A stretch of DNA of 64,000 nt from Trypanosoma brucei (Eukaryota), in assembly GCA_000002445.1 (NCBI GenBank), contig CM000208.1, forward strand, positions 992,001 through 1,056,000, given 5' to 3'. Shown piece by piece: positions 8,999 through 19,892 of this stretch. Numbering within the stretch: the first letter of the stretch is position 1; every line of letters begins with the position of its first letter. Below the pieces are notes generated by a model. That model saw only the letters and a list, made by a program, of their open reading frames with translations. It was not told the origin of the DNA and made no database searches. The position numbers and the translations under genes were made by a program.

Positions 8999-10786
8999 TC
9001 AGAGTGTTTTTGCCCTGTATTTGTCGCTTCCATGAACTCTGTCGATCAACAATACGTTCGGTACAACTTCGTTAAACGGCTGTTGTGAACTTCCGGTAGG
9101 GTTATCCCGACGATCCACAATTTTTTTACTGGATTGGAGGACATCTTCACCCCTTCCACGTGTGAATGTGTGCCGCATGTCAGCGTAATTAACATTGCGC
9201 GAGATGATAATAAGCAACAATATCACGAAGAGAGAGTACAGAGAACTGCTTTCGTGCCAACGAGTCGGTGCCCACTCTGCAAGCACCGGGGTAGAAACCT
9301 GTCCGGAACTATGATCGTCGACAGAGTGGAGGCGGCTGGCGGCACCATAGTGACGGTTTCGGATCATGGCACGCCGCTTCCTACCCTGGGAAACAACGTC
9401 GAGCAAAAAACGTGCTTCACCAGACTCTGTGAAGTTAGCATTATTATTTATTGTTCTCTCATCGCCCTTTACGAGCAGTTGTTTGACTCGACAGGGAATG
9501 TAAAGAATCCCACGGATCACACGTTTAAACAGACCGCGTTCCGTCACGTCTGCTTTAAATGCACAAAGAACCGAGTAATTTCCGGGGAGTGGCAGTGTCG
9601 GCTGAGCATTTCTTATCTGATGTTCCGCGTCGTGGTGATAGCGGCGCCCTCGCGCCAGAAGACACGATGGAATTGTCGCCTCAGTTAAGGGAGATACTCC
9701 TCCGTTACGGTTGCTTTCACTGCTTGCTCCCTTACAGACGGTCCCGCCGAGTCCATCGGAACCATTTTCATGAAACACTTGCGTGTTCGCAGTTGAGGTG
9801 GTGGAAGAAGGAGAGGAGGACCCCCTGGTGTTAGTGTTACCGCACCCGCTTGTGTCAGCATCAGACCTGTCATGAGTATGAGCGGGGCTGGCAGTCCACC
9901 GAGCACTCCATGGGGAGCAAAGTGCCTCACGAATGAGACTCCCCAGTCCGCGTGAAGAAGCAGCCGATCTCAACCCTGGGCGTCCTTCTTCTACAAACGG
10001 TGTCAAAGACGCCTTTTGTAACCTGTCCGCACCACACGGCGTTGCTCCAACCGTATTGAGGACACCTTCTCCTCCCTCCTCAAGTAACGTTTCCCCGCAG
10101 TAGTTGTTTTCGCTCCCCTCGCGCCTCCCTTCCAGAGACTTAATTAGCCGTTCCTGCTTCAGCTGCTCCTGTAAGAACAATTCATCTGTACACCACGCAA
10201 TTCCAACCGCCTCCTCACGGGAAGCTCCATTAACTCGGCCGTCTTGCACTTTAGATTCCGTTCCGCACACTGCGGAACTGTATAAATTGTTCGTGGAAGG
10301 CGCAGAAACAATCAGGGGGCTTTGATAAACCGCCCGGGCTGCGGCGACGGGATCCTCAAACTTGACGTAGAACCAGTTTTGCTGGCTGCTGTGACCAACA
10401 ACCGAAGTAGAAGTCAGCCCACCGCTGGGTACAGCCGCTCGTGTAGGGAGTTTGTGCATCAGTGTGCGGCCAAACATCACGTCCAGACTCTCACGAACAT
10501 CTAGAATCGATGTAGGTAACACACCGTACACAGTAACCCATTGTTGCCCAGCGTATGACGGTGTGGCTGCTGCTTGATCCGCATGTGAAGCCGCGGAGGC
10601 AGTGGAAAATACCGCAGGGTGTTCGCCCTTCTCTTCAAATCCTTCAGGAACGAAACCAACACGCACCGGTAAGCGCTGAGGTCCTGATGTGTACGTGCAA
10701 GGTTGAGGTGGCGAAACCTGTGGCTGCTTCGTCCAACCCTTCCGCCCCTTGCGTTCAACCCACTGCCCAATATCTTGCTTCCACAT
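8999..10786 (-). CDS. Nup35/Nup53-type RRM (MPPN) domain protein with a C-proximal hydrophobic helix (595 aa from first ATG). Candidate nucleoporin, possibly the Nup53/Nup65-type ortholog.
   Basis: The track ORF starts at a TTG (10795); the first in-frame ATG is at 10786..10784 (MWKQDIGQW...). The segment QQWVTVYGVLPTSILDVRESLDVMFGRTLMHKL...NWFYVKFEDPVAAARAV matches the Nup35 RRM pattern as I remember it (WVTVFGFP...NWMHIRYQS...ARKAL). A hydrophobic stretch LYSLFVILLLIIIS lies about 70 aa from the C-terminus. Confidence 0.5.
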   Translation of the reverse strand: MWKQDIGQWVERKGRKGWTKQPQVSPPQPCTYTSGPQRLPVRVGFVPEGFEEKGEHPAVFSTASAASHADQAAATPSYAGQQWVTVYGVLPTSILDVRESLDVMFGRTLMHKLPTRAAVPSGGLTSTSVVGHSSQQNWFYVKFEDPVAAARAVYQSPLIVSAPSTNNLYSSAVCGTESKVQDGRVNGASREEAVGIAWCTDELFLQEQLKQERLIKSLEGRREGSENNYCGETLLEEGGEGVLNTVGATPCGADRLQKASLTPFVEEGRPGLRSAASSRGLGSLIREALCSPWSARWTASPAHTHDRSDADTSGCGNTNTRGSSSPSSTTSTANTQVFHENGSDGLGGTVCKGASSESNRNGGVSPLTEATIPSCLLARGRRYHHDAEHQIRNAQPTLPLPGNYSVLCAFKADVTERGLFKRVIRGILYIPCRVKQLLVKGDERTINNNANFTESGEARFLLDVVSQGRKRRAMIRNRHYGAASRLHSVDDHSSGQVSTPVLAEWAPTRWHESSSLYSLFVILLLIIISRNVNYADMRHTFTRGRGEDVLQSSKKIVDRRDNPTGSSQQPFNEVVPNVLLIDRVHGSDKYRAKTL

Positions 10787-11392
10787 TGCAAGCAATAAAT
10801 TACTCCCTCTTGATCCGGAATGTAGTTAAGCCTTCAGGGGTTTACGAAACACGTTTTTTATGATTAATATCAGTTAATTATGATGTTTTTTCTCCTTTTT
10901 TTACTTTCTATTTTCGCTCCTTTATGAGCGTATAAAGTTGTTGAACCCGTTACCTACGTGCCATTTGCGTTTAAGCACGACGCGAAGATTGTTGAATTGT
11001 AATTGAGAGAAGCATAAATAACGAAGGTGATGTTGAGGGTGCATGGTTTCATATGGAGCAAGGAGAAAGAAGCAAAGTGAAGATGTTCACGAAAAAAAGG
11101 AGTGGAATGCTCAGTGGGTGAGCGAAGCGGTGAACCAATCACAACTTGTTGATCTATCAAAAAGCACTCACTCCTAGTGAATTTACATTTCCTCCATGCC
11201 CACGAACATGAGGTATAACTCAACATTTCAGATTCTTCCGGAAGATCACAAAACACCAAGAAGAATACAAAAGGTAGTCGAAATGCGGTATAAATGAGGG
11301 GAGGTTCGAAGAAAATTCCGAAAAGGGGCGACAGCGCACTAAGGTAAGTAAAACCTCCTTCTATTCTTTAGGAAACACGACCCCCTCCTTAG

Positions 11393-14300
11393 TCACTCCA
11401 CCGGTGCTGTGCCATTGAAACTTGCGGTTTCATCAGCGGTAGGCCTCTCACTCCCTTCGCAGAGAGGATCATCCACTGGCGTTCCCCCGAAACCGCATGT
11501 GGTACCTGCAGCTTTTGAGTACTGCACAAGCGATGCCAACTGCCGCTGCCGGCGCGAAACCTCCAATAGGAGAAGCTGTTGGACAACCCCCGCGACATCA
11601 GAAAATTTGAAAAACATGCGAAGCTGTTCAATTGGAGAGTCGCCCACCGTCAAATTGTGGGAACCTGCAGGAGCATCAATCACGTTTGCCCCTCCACCGA
11701 TGCGGTCACCGGAAAAGGCAGAATCTGCCTTAAAGTTTACTTTCCCAGTATCTTTCATGGAATGCCGACAATGTTTCAGAAATCTCCGCGGCGGTTGTAG
11801 CACGACTGGTAACCAACGCGACGTGGGAAACAAGCTTGTGCCACCTGAGAACAAAGCAAGGTTGCGCTGCTGATTGACAGCTTCACCAAGTTTTGACCCC
11901 AACATCATAACATTTCCAGCAGCGCCGGTTCTTGCATCAGTAAGACCACACTCTGCTGCGAGCGAAGACGCTGTCACTGCATGTGACGTACCCCAGTTAT
12001 AGGGTGATCGATGCAACGACATCTTGTTCACGCTAGGTTCATCAGCGTCAATCATTTCCTTGTTTTCAGCCAGTCGCAAAAAAGTCATCTGTTGCACCCC
12101 TGGCTCGCCGGTGCAGGTGCTAAGAGACAAAAATACAGGTGTCACTCCAGATGCCCTCTCCCTTATGAAGTCGTTCACGTCACGTAGTTGAAGGTATTGA
12201 ACAACTCTACCGTCCTGCATCTCGGAGAAAAAAAGCGGGGCAATGACCGTTGGGGGGGAGGAGTCCTGTGGAAAATAGGACTGTGCGTCGAACACATCTA
12301 CGAGTTGTGGGTGTTCCCTCGGTTGGACATTTGCCGCATTTTTAAGCAGGTTGTCATATTGGGTGCGTTGGCCCCATATGGGGGTAGCTGAGCCAGGCAA
12401 CTTGGCGTCAGACGCACTCGGAGGTTCGCTGCACCTCTTGCTTTCCTGGGCGGCAGACTTAAGTAGGCTCATAGACAGCAAGTTGTTGGCAATAACAAAC
12501 TCCTCGGCTATTTCACGCAGTCGGTTGGTTAAAGGGGGGCACTTTCCACTGATGCGGTTCCGTCTGTCCTCTTCTTCCGCTTCAATCTCCTCCCGGCGCA
12601 TTGCCTGCCACCGCGCCTTCGTTACCTTATGTGGTGTATACATCGGAAGGACAAGTTGCCTGAGTAGGTGTTCCAGCGTGTACCCTCGAATGCTTGACTG
12701 CACAGGACCTGAAGAGTAAAGATGTTTGACTTCGGTCAGGTGCTGTCGTCCATCCACTAACCGCAACCCACCAAGGGCTACGTCAAATACAGGAAAGCCC
12801 TCACCCACAGCCATCGACATCACCGACGATCTGTTCCGCAACCCCGCTTCCGCAGGTTCTACAATAACAACACCAGACTCGTGGAGTATGCGCACGGATG
12901 TCTCGCTTCGGCGAGTGAAAAGAGTCTCAAGAAAAGGTGTGACTGTACCGCGCATTCCACGGTATATGACGCGCCGCCGTAGCACCGTTCCATCGCCAAA
13001 CAACACGTAAAACCGGTCATATGGTTTGGGGTCGTTCGTGGGAGCTGGATCACGAGCAAACGAAGCGACATAAGAGGAATTTGCATTTTCTTCGGCACCT
13101 TGAGAAAGGGGAGACAAAAGCCCCCTATTGTTGTTCCCATCGTGCGAAACATCTTTATCGTTCAGTTGCGACGAAACCTTGGGGTTATCACCCACTCCGA
13201 AAGATACCTCCGCACGGGAAGCCCGGGAAGCTTGGTTATCGACGGGTTTATAAAGTGGCGCACAAAGGAACACACGCGGAAAAAAGGGGCCTTCCACACA
13301 GTACTGCACATCCGCATCGCATGAGCTTTGTACGGCGGCTGCGTCCTCCAGTAATGGGGCCAGTGGGACGGGAAGATGCTCATCTGCCTCATGCAGAAGA
13401 CCACCTAAGAGACTAGTGATGCACGTTCCATCAACGTGGAGCGCAACGCGAGCGAGTACCATTTCATCGAAACCACCACCACACCCGTGCTTTTGATCCG
13501 TTTTTCCTGCCCCGAGACTTGCAGCATTGCCCTCCTTCTTGGTTTTATGGGGAAAATACTTATTGTACGTAACCACAATAAGTCCATCGGCCCGCGACAT
13601 TGTGTGGCAGTGGTTGCAACGATCATACGTCATACAGGACTCCACGTTTCCTGATGGAACGGGATGAAGGCTCCCGGTCTCTTCCAGACCTACTTCCCGC
13701 ACATAGCACAGTCCCTCGGGTGTTAATACTGTTTCAACAACGGGTTGCGCACCATCTTCTTGAGTGCTTGAAACCCCACCTACAGGGGCCACGGGATAAC
13801 CTGTTACTATCATACCGTCTGGGTACAGCATCTGGGTCGTGCCGGAGTGAAAGTATCGGCACACAATCCCTGAGTCTTCAATAAGAGCCCGACGAACCTC
13901 CACCTCCATGGATCTCTGCAATACCACTTCCTCTCCTACACAATGCGCACAACGTACTAATTCTGGAACGGGATGTCGCATGGAATCGTGTCTCGACAAC
14001 CACAGGATTCCTTCGTGCTCTTCGTTATGAACGCTCACACCACCAGCAGAAACTGTGATTGCCACCGCTGGAACACCATGCTGTACTGGAAGTTGAACGG
14101 CAGTCTCATGCGGGTGTTTTGGATCTTTCACAGCAGGCCACAATAGGATAGAGCCACTATCATCAACAGGGAAAGTTCGTGTCATCCCTTCCTGGGCATT
14201 CTTACCAGAGTTTGACCCGTCGTCTTCACCTCTGCTTCTACTCCTGGGCCTACGGGACAAGCGGCGCTTAAGTGCTTGTGTTGGACCCTGAGCTGAACCC

Positions 14301-17300
14301 GGCAAACCGCCGCGCACTCGGCCAGAAAAAGGACCTATGCTCTTCCGCGATTGCAACCTTCCCCGTCCATTCAGTGCGTCGCGCGGAGTGAAGCCACTTC
14401 CATAGGCGCCATCTTTGTCGCTGTTAATAGTAGAATTTGCATATTGGAGTCTGTAACGAGGTCGTGCAGAGCAGGTAAGGACCACACCGTCATCAAAGGC
14501 CGCAGTGAAGTACATAAGCTCTTCCTCCTTTCGCCGTGACGATGGAGGTGCAGAGGAGCATGCAGAAAAGCCTCCGTCCACCGCTTCGCCAGCCGTTTGA
14601 GCGGAAGTAGACGTGGCATTAGTGACAGCGGGAGAGGAAGAGGGGGCAGCGCGGGGTGGTGGTGCAATATAATAGTGGAGCGTGCATATTATTTCACTCG
14701 CCCTCACATAACGGCAAATTCGGCTACGGTCAGTCGTAATCACTTCAATAATACTATTGTCGTGCGGGTACAAAGTGTGTCGTCCTTCGAGTGCTGTTTG
14801 GATGTCCCCTTCAGAGCGCCAAACACCCCTTCCCCTCACTACTTCCTCAAGTTGAGGAATAATAAATTGTGGAGAATTGCGTAGATCCCGCAGGAGTTGC
14901 ACCCTTATAGCATCACCCAGATCTCCTCCAAAACACTGCGTCGCACCAAACGTCTTGGCGATGTCCGTTGGTGCGCTCGACAGCGTTGGTAAGGTTAAAG
15001 TTGTACCGAGACACACCGACTCAGAAGAAAGTAACTCGTTAAACTGGTCGAGTGACGGCACACCAGAAATATAGTGACACCATACACGTATCGATTGCCG
15101 CTGTATTGGTGTGACCACCCCACCCGCCATAACGGCAACAACCTTATCCCGTACACGTGTGTTTTCCGCTCCCACAGAACGGAACATCGCAAGATTACCG
15201 TATATTGACTCGAGGGGGTCCGGTACTACGCACCGCACCAATCGACAGAGGTGTTCACCAAAGCGGGAGGAGAAGTCATTGAGGCACCGGATCGCAGCAC
15301 GTTTGCTAATGTTCTCCTCAAGCGGTCGCGCGTTCGGATAAAACCCCTCGTGTAACGACGGTGTTAACGCGGTGATAGACACACTGTTGGATTGCCTGCC
15401 TTCTGGAAAGTCGGCGTTTACAACTTTGTCACTAACGCCAATTGCAGCTGCTATCATTTCCAGAAAAAAGCACTGAAGAACGTGCGTCCGTTCCCGGGGT
15501 GTCAAACTCCGTTCTACACTTCGCTGCAGTTTTTCGTCGACAAAGGGAGCCCTAAGAGCGGCAGCCTCCGCTGCCTCTCTTATCTTGTCAAACGTAACTC
15601 CAGATGTCCTGTCTGTGCACGAGAACAGCTTTTCTACGCGCTCCAATAAACGTAAGTCCACACCCTCCTCCGCCATGTTCAAGACAAGTCCGTTCATTGG
15701 TTCTTCCAGCAGCTCCTGCGCGCGCATCGAACTGTATGACCTTCCCCCGTTTGGCAAAGAGAGAGTCATTGTAATTGGATTATCTTGCTTGAACACTCCA
15801 AGCCCCTTTTGGACAAACTCCCGCGTTAAGCAGCGCACATCATTTTGCGTGGGTTGTGGGAAGGGGCGATCCATTGTGTGGTCCAGAGGTAGCATTACCG
15901 CGGGATCGTTGCCCTCGTGCTGAGTTGAAGCGAGTTCACTGGGGGAGTGTGGGATCGGTGATGGTGACTGGGTTTGTTTTCGCAACCTTCCTGGAGACTT
16001 TCGGTCCTTCAGCTTCGACTCACTGGCATGACGCTTCGTTGCAGCATCCACAGCTGCTTCTATCTGCTCATTTAGAGGCTCGTCATCTATACCTTCGTGT
16101 CGTGGAAACGCGGCCGACAATATGGGTTCCTTTTCCGCATAACAGTATATAGACTGGGGTAGCAGAGAATGAGTGCCAGAGAGTTCCTTCCCAGTACTGA
16201 CAGTTTCACTATGAGGCGTGCTATGCACCTCATGCACTGGAGTTAGTTCTTCTCGTGGCACAGGACGCACATATTTGGGAGTTTGCCTCCTAGCAAGGGA
16301 CACAGTAACCTGTGCAGCGAGCGCGTGCAGAGCAGATACACATGTCCACTGATCACAGACCTTCCTCCCCTGAAGGTAGTGCGACCAGTCCCTAAAAGGG
16401 AATGAGGGTTCACAACCTGGACACACAGATCGGGGAGCGTCCTCACAAAAGTGTGGGCGACCCCTCTCCACAGATCCCCCAGAAGGCGGAGGGAACGTAG
16501 CAGCCTCCTCCTGTGGTAGAGGTAAAGGTAAATTCGGGCATTGATACGTCGCTTTAGTGGACATACATCTAGTGTAATATGTCATATTACTCACCACGTT
16601 GAACACAGTGGGAAGCACAGAATCTAAACATCGCCTGATCACAGAACTCTTATCATCCCCACGATTTTCTACTATTTCACGCATACATAGTGCGGTGTAC
16701 GCATGCAAAGCAGCATCGGTATCAGTTATCGTTGTAGCAAGCCCCAGTCGCGCGCACTGTTCAATTACTCCAGCAAATGAACTGCCACTGGGAGCCACTG
16801 TATTAACGTCGCCTTCCTTACTCCCACTAGCCGTCTGCCCCGCTGCCGCGTCACGGCCCGGTTGCCGTTTAGAGGAAGGTGTTGTCCGCTGTCGCTGACT
16901 AGAGGGAGTACAACTCACACCCGCTACTTGAGCCGTACCGCCCGGAGAAGTGGGTGCATCGACGAAGTTCACAACCAAACGAATATCGAGCCGCTTGGGT
17001 GGGGCGTCACACCCGTGTCCTAACAAGAACGCTAACACGCGTGGATCTCGAATGGGAACAACAACGGGGAGAATACTCATCTCTTTTGCGTGCGCCTCCA
17101 TACGCGTAAGCGGTACCGGTGTAGCCACCCTTGGTGCTTCCTTTAACCCTTCACTGGCATCGCCGCGCAGCGACACTGAACGAGCCCTGGAGACTCTTCG
17201 AGATACGGGCGCAGTTCTACCCTCCATTTCATCCACAATTGTACACAAAGCCTTTTGAATGGTCGCAACAGCATCTGCAGGATTTGGATTGCGCGGTAAT

Positions 17301-17836
17301 GCAGCTGCCAGGACGGCATCCTCTTCTGGGCGATCGAATGACGGTATATGATGCACAATCACCAGTGGTCGTGTACAACGACGATTATGCACTACCGAAT
17401 ACCACGAGTTACCATCGCCTGCCTGCGTCTTTTGAGATCCCTCCGTTGGAGAACTAAGTGCAGTTGCACCCTTGGCTCCCGATGCCCCGGCCGCTTTTCC
17501 ACCTTTGGGTTTCCCACCTTTTGCTGGAGCAGCCCCAATGGCGGTTGCCGGAACATTTGTCCCCCTTTTTGCACTCATATACTTCATGAATGCTGCTTGC
17601 ACTTCTGCCACGACGCCATTTTGATCAAAGTCATCAGTTTCCTGCTCATCTAATACAACCCGCGACGACCTTGTGGCTACACTGTCAGCGTCACTGCTGT
17701 CCCTTGGTGGAGTAAAATGACAGGCAGCCTTTGAAAGAATGAAACCGATGTACCTGATATCGGCCGCGTCGCCGTCACTGCACACGAGGATAAGGCGGCA
17801 ACGCCGTTGCTTCTGTGCTTCCGCCTGTGAAGACAT
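11393..17836 (-). CDS. Giant hypothetical protein, 2147 aa, with no domain I can name from the sequence.
   Basis: Complete ORF in the track; ATG verified at 17836..17834. Composition is coding-like and there is no competing ORF. Confidence 0.65.
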   Translation of the reverse strand: MSSQAEAQKQRRCRLILVCSDGDAADIRYIGFILSKAACHFTPPRDSSDADSVATRSSRVVLDEQETDDFDQNGVVAEVQAAFMKYMSAKRGTNVPATAIGAAPAKGGKPKGGKAAGASGAKGATALSSPTEGSQKTQAGDGNSWYSVVHNRRCTRPLVIVHHIPSFDRPEEDAVLAAALPRNPNPADAVATIQKALCTIVDEMEGRTAPVSRRVSRARSVSLRGDASEGLKEAPRVATPVPLTRMEAHAKEMSILPVVVPIRDPRVLAFLLGHGCDAPPKRLDIRLVVNFVDAPTSPGGTAQVAGVSCTPSSQRQRTTPSSKRQPGRDAAAGQTASGSKEGDVNTVAPSGSSFAGVIEQCARLGLATTITDTDAALHAYTALCMREIVENRGDDKSSVIRRCLDSVLPTVFNVVSNMTYYTRCMSTKATYQCPNLPLPLPQEEAATFPPPSGGSVERGRPHFCEDAPRSVCPGCEPSFPFRDWSHYLQGRKVCDQWTCVSALHALAAQVTVSLARRQTPKYVRPVPREELTPVHEVHSTPHSETVSTGKELSGTHSLLPQSIYCYAEKEPILSAAFPRHEGIDDEPLNEQIEAAVDAATKRHASESKLKDRKSPGRLRKQTQSPSPIPHSPSELASTQHEGNDPAVMLPLDHTMDRPFPQPTQNDVRCLTREFVQKGLGVFKQDNPITMTLSLPNGGRSYSSMRAQELLEEPMNGLVLNMAEEGVDLRLLERVEKLFSCTDRTSGVTFDKIREAAEAAALRAPFVDEKLQRSVERSLTPRERTHVLQCFFLEMIAAAIGVSDKVVNADFPEGRQSNSVSITALTPSLHEGFYPNARPLEENISKRAAIRCLNDFSSRFGEHLCRLVRCVVPDPLESIYGNLAMFRSVGAENTRVRDKVVAVMAGGVVTPIQRQSIRVWCHYISGVPSLDQFNELLSSESVCLGTTLTLPTLSSAPTDIAKTFGATQCFGGDLGDAIRVQLLRDLRNSPQFIIPQLEEVVRGRGVWRSEGDIQTALEGRHTLYPHDNSIIEVITTDRSRICRYVRASEIICTLHYYIAPPPRAAPSSSPAVTNATSTSAQTAGEAVDGGFSACSSAPPSSRRKEEELMYFTAAFDDGVVLTCSARPRYRLQYANSTINSDKDGAYGSGFTPRDALNGRGRLQSRKSIGPFSGRVRGGLPGSAQGPTQALKRRLSRRPRSRSRGEDDGSNSGKNAQEGMTRTFPVDDSGSILLWPAVKDPKHPHETAVQLPVQHGVPAVAITVSAGGVSVHNEEHEGILWLSRHDSMRHPVPELVRCAHCVGEEVVLQRSMEVEVRRALIEDSGIVCRYFHSGTTQMLYPDGMIVTGYPVAPVGGVSSTQEDGAQPVVETVLTPEGLCYVREVGLEETGSLHPVPSGNVESCMTYDRCNHCHTMSRADGLIVVTYNKYFPHKTKKEGNAASLGAGKTDQKHGCGGGFDEMVLARVALHVDGTCITSLLGGLLHEADEHLPVPLAPLLEDAAAVQSSCDADVQYCVEGPFFPRVFLCAPLYKPVDNQASRASRAEVSFGVGDNPKVSSQLNDKDVSHDGNNNRGLLSPLSQGAEENANSSYVASFARDPAPTNDPKPYDRFYVLFGDGTVLRRRVIYRGMRGTVTPFLETLFTRRSETSVRILHESGVVIVEPAEAGLRNRSSVMSMAVGEGFPVFDVALGGLRLVDGRQHLTEVKHLYSSGPVQSSIRGYTLEHLLRQLVLPMYTPHKVTKARWQAMRREEIEAEEEDRRNRISGKCPPLTNRLREIAEEFVIANNLLSMSLLKSAAQESKRCSEPPSASDAKLPGSATPIWGQRTQYDNLLKNAANVQPREHPQLVDVFDAQSYFPQDSSPPTVIAPLFFSEMQDGRVVQYLQLRDVNDFIRERASGVTPVFLSLSTCTGEPGVQQMTFLRLAENKEMIDADEPSVNKMSLHRSPYNWGTSHAVTASSLAAECGLTDARTGAAGNVMMLGSKLGEAVNQQRNLALFSGGTSLFPTSRWLPVVLQPPRRFLKHCRHSMKDTGKVNFKADSAFSGDRIGGGANVIDAPAGSHNLTVGDSPIEQLRMFFKFSDVAGVVQQLLLLEVSRRQRQLASLVQYSKAAGTTCGFGGTPVDDPLCEGSERPTADETASFNGTAPVE

Positions 17837-18778
17837 TGCTGTATGCAGGCGACCTTGTGCAAAGAAAAAACAGCGGCACAGGTGGTGACCAAACTACAGG
17901 GACCCAAGGGTTGTGATTTTCTTCCCCTTTCCAAATATGTTTGTACGGGGTTTATCACTCTTAATGTTTATGTTGTCCCGTATTTCCCCTTTGCTCGCAC
18001 TCCCTTAACAGGAACTAATGACTAATTATTTTTTTTTGATCTTGTTACCTGTTTCCCGTTCACCAAACACCTCACCCTTTACAGTCTCCCCCAACCAATA
18101 CTTTGTGAAAACTTTACGCGACCAGGGGAGAAAAGCCCCTTGTGGGAAAGGCACTGCGATAACAAAAAACAGAAGAAACAAAGAAAACAGAAGAGACAAA
18201 GGAAGAAAAAAAATAATGTGCCTAACCAGCGGATAAACGATTATTGAAGATATCCCAACTATCCAAGAACAGGCTCACATACACGTTGATTATTACTTTT
18301 TTAAGAATTAAAAATAAATAAAAACACATATATGCACCAAAGAAAATGGAACAGATAGGCAAAAGCACATTAAGATGAACGTTGGAAACAAGGTGCAAAA
18401 CCACACATCGATCCCTAAAGGCGAAGAGGATGTAAGACCAGCCAACCTTATCCCCTGTATTGTACGTGAAGCACGGCCTCTGGCGAACTAAAACGGCGAG
18501 AAAAAACTGAGCGGCCCACGAGAGTGTTGTCAGAAACATGCTGTTCGTCGCTTGGCGTCTGATGACGTCGAACGAAGCATATTGTTCAAGGTTCCTAGGA
18601 TGCCAGAAGCTCCTTGAAGTAACGCACTGCAGCACATTTTTCAAACAAAACACCCGTCTCCTCCCGCAGGTGGCGGTTCCATTCCGAAGTTCATAATCAC
18701 ACTTGGGTACATTCATCCGAGCCCCCACCCTCCACAATTCCCTCCCCCTTGCGATAGCATACACCAGCTTCAGCACCA

Positions 18779-19318
18779 CTATGCAACCACTGCCCGCTTC
18801 GAGTTCTTCTTCACAAATATGACACGGTCCTTGCGTGGTGCCTTCACACGGCGCTGCAGGAGCGGGAACGACAGGTTGTGTGGGTGGAACTGCGCCACGT
18901 TCAGGCGGCGTACTTCGTGGTTCGGGATGCTCTTTACGCCAAGCACTTCAATGTTGTGATACCGCGCGCGGTGGCGTGAGGCGAGGTCATTATAAGCCTG
19001 ACTTACAGCACCAGCTTTGCACACATCACGAAACTCCTTCACCATGTGCGTATAACCACAACGCTGGCTGTAATATGCAATATCCACGCTGTAATTGCGG
19101 GCAGCCAGTTTGCGATCCTTCACCACCTTGCAGGAGAGAACGTCGCCGTGTGTTGACTTCACTTTGTTTTTTTCACGCATCATGCGCCAGAAGCGGCTCT
19201 TTGCCACGACAAAGTTCGGTGCAAAAACCTCAAATTTGTATACGGTGGGTTGAGGATTCTTCTCCGAGGGCGTCTCCCGCCCAACCACGCAGTAGTGACG
19301 AAGATGCGGTCTGACCAT
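18779..19318 (-). CDS. RPL18A: 60S ribosomal protein L18a (eL20), 179 aa
   Basis: The translation [14 protein letters not shown]...[13 protein letters not shown]...[24 protein letters not shown]...VAQFH aligns along its full length with eukaryotic RPL18A ([39 protein letters not shown]). The stop TAG was verified at 18779..18781. Confidence 0.9.
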   Translation of the reverse strand: [179 protein letters not shown]

Positions 19319-19892
19319 TTGCGCTTGCTACTATCGAAGTTCCTTTTTGGTTCTAGTGTTTGAACAGAGGTTTTTCAGTGAATTTTATAGCACGACGCGA
19401 CGGCAATGCGACCATTCACAATACCAACCATTGAGGTTTGACAGTTACATAAAAAAAACGGCAAATACGCAAAAAGGAAGAGGTTTCGGTATGCGAATAA
19501 CAGTAATTATAGTCATCCTGGTGAGTGCATCATCGAAGAAGTGGGAGGATGGCCCACAGTAACACTTTTTTTTATGTTAAGTTGAACGTTGTCTTGCCAC
19601 TTATTTTAAATTTTTGCGACAACATTGTACAGGACCAACCACTTTTCCCCTCCAAGGTTATTATATCCGTCGCTCTGTTCGGAAACCATGTGAATTAGTA
19701 TAAAAATATAAAAATAATAACAAAAAATAAATAAAACGACACATAAACAATGGGCAGTCACCCAAAGAAGAAAAAAGAGGATAACGAATAAGGGCAATTG
19801 TGTCTGAAAAATGCAAATAAAAAGAAAATGAAAAGCAAACCATAACCTTTGCAAAAAAAAAAAACATAGATGTGTCCATTACAATTTCAACC

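Noticed and set aside
18222-18779. 185-aa minus-strand ORF immediately 3' of RPL18A (first ATG at 18716, giving 164 aa with hydrophobic segments)
   Set aside because: The track start is a GTG. The first ATG lies only 63 nt after the RPL18A stop, leaving no room for an independent polyadenylation plus trans-splicing spacer. It is most likely untranslated RPL18A 3'UTR. It is kept only as a very low-probability small membrane protein.
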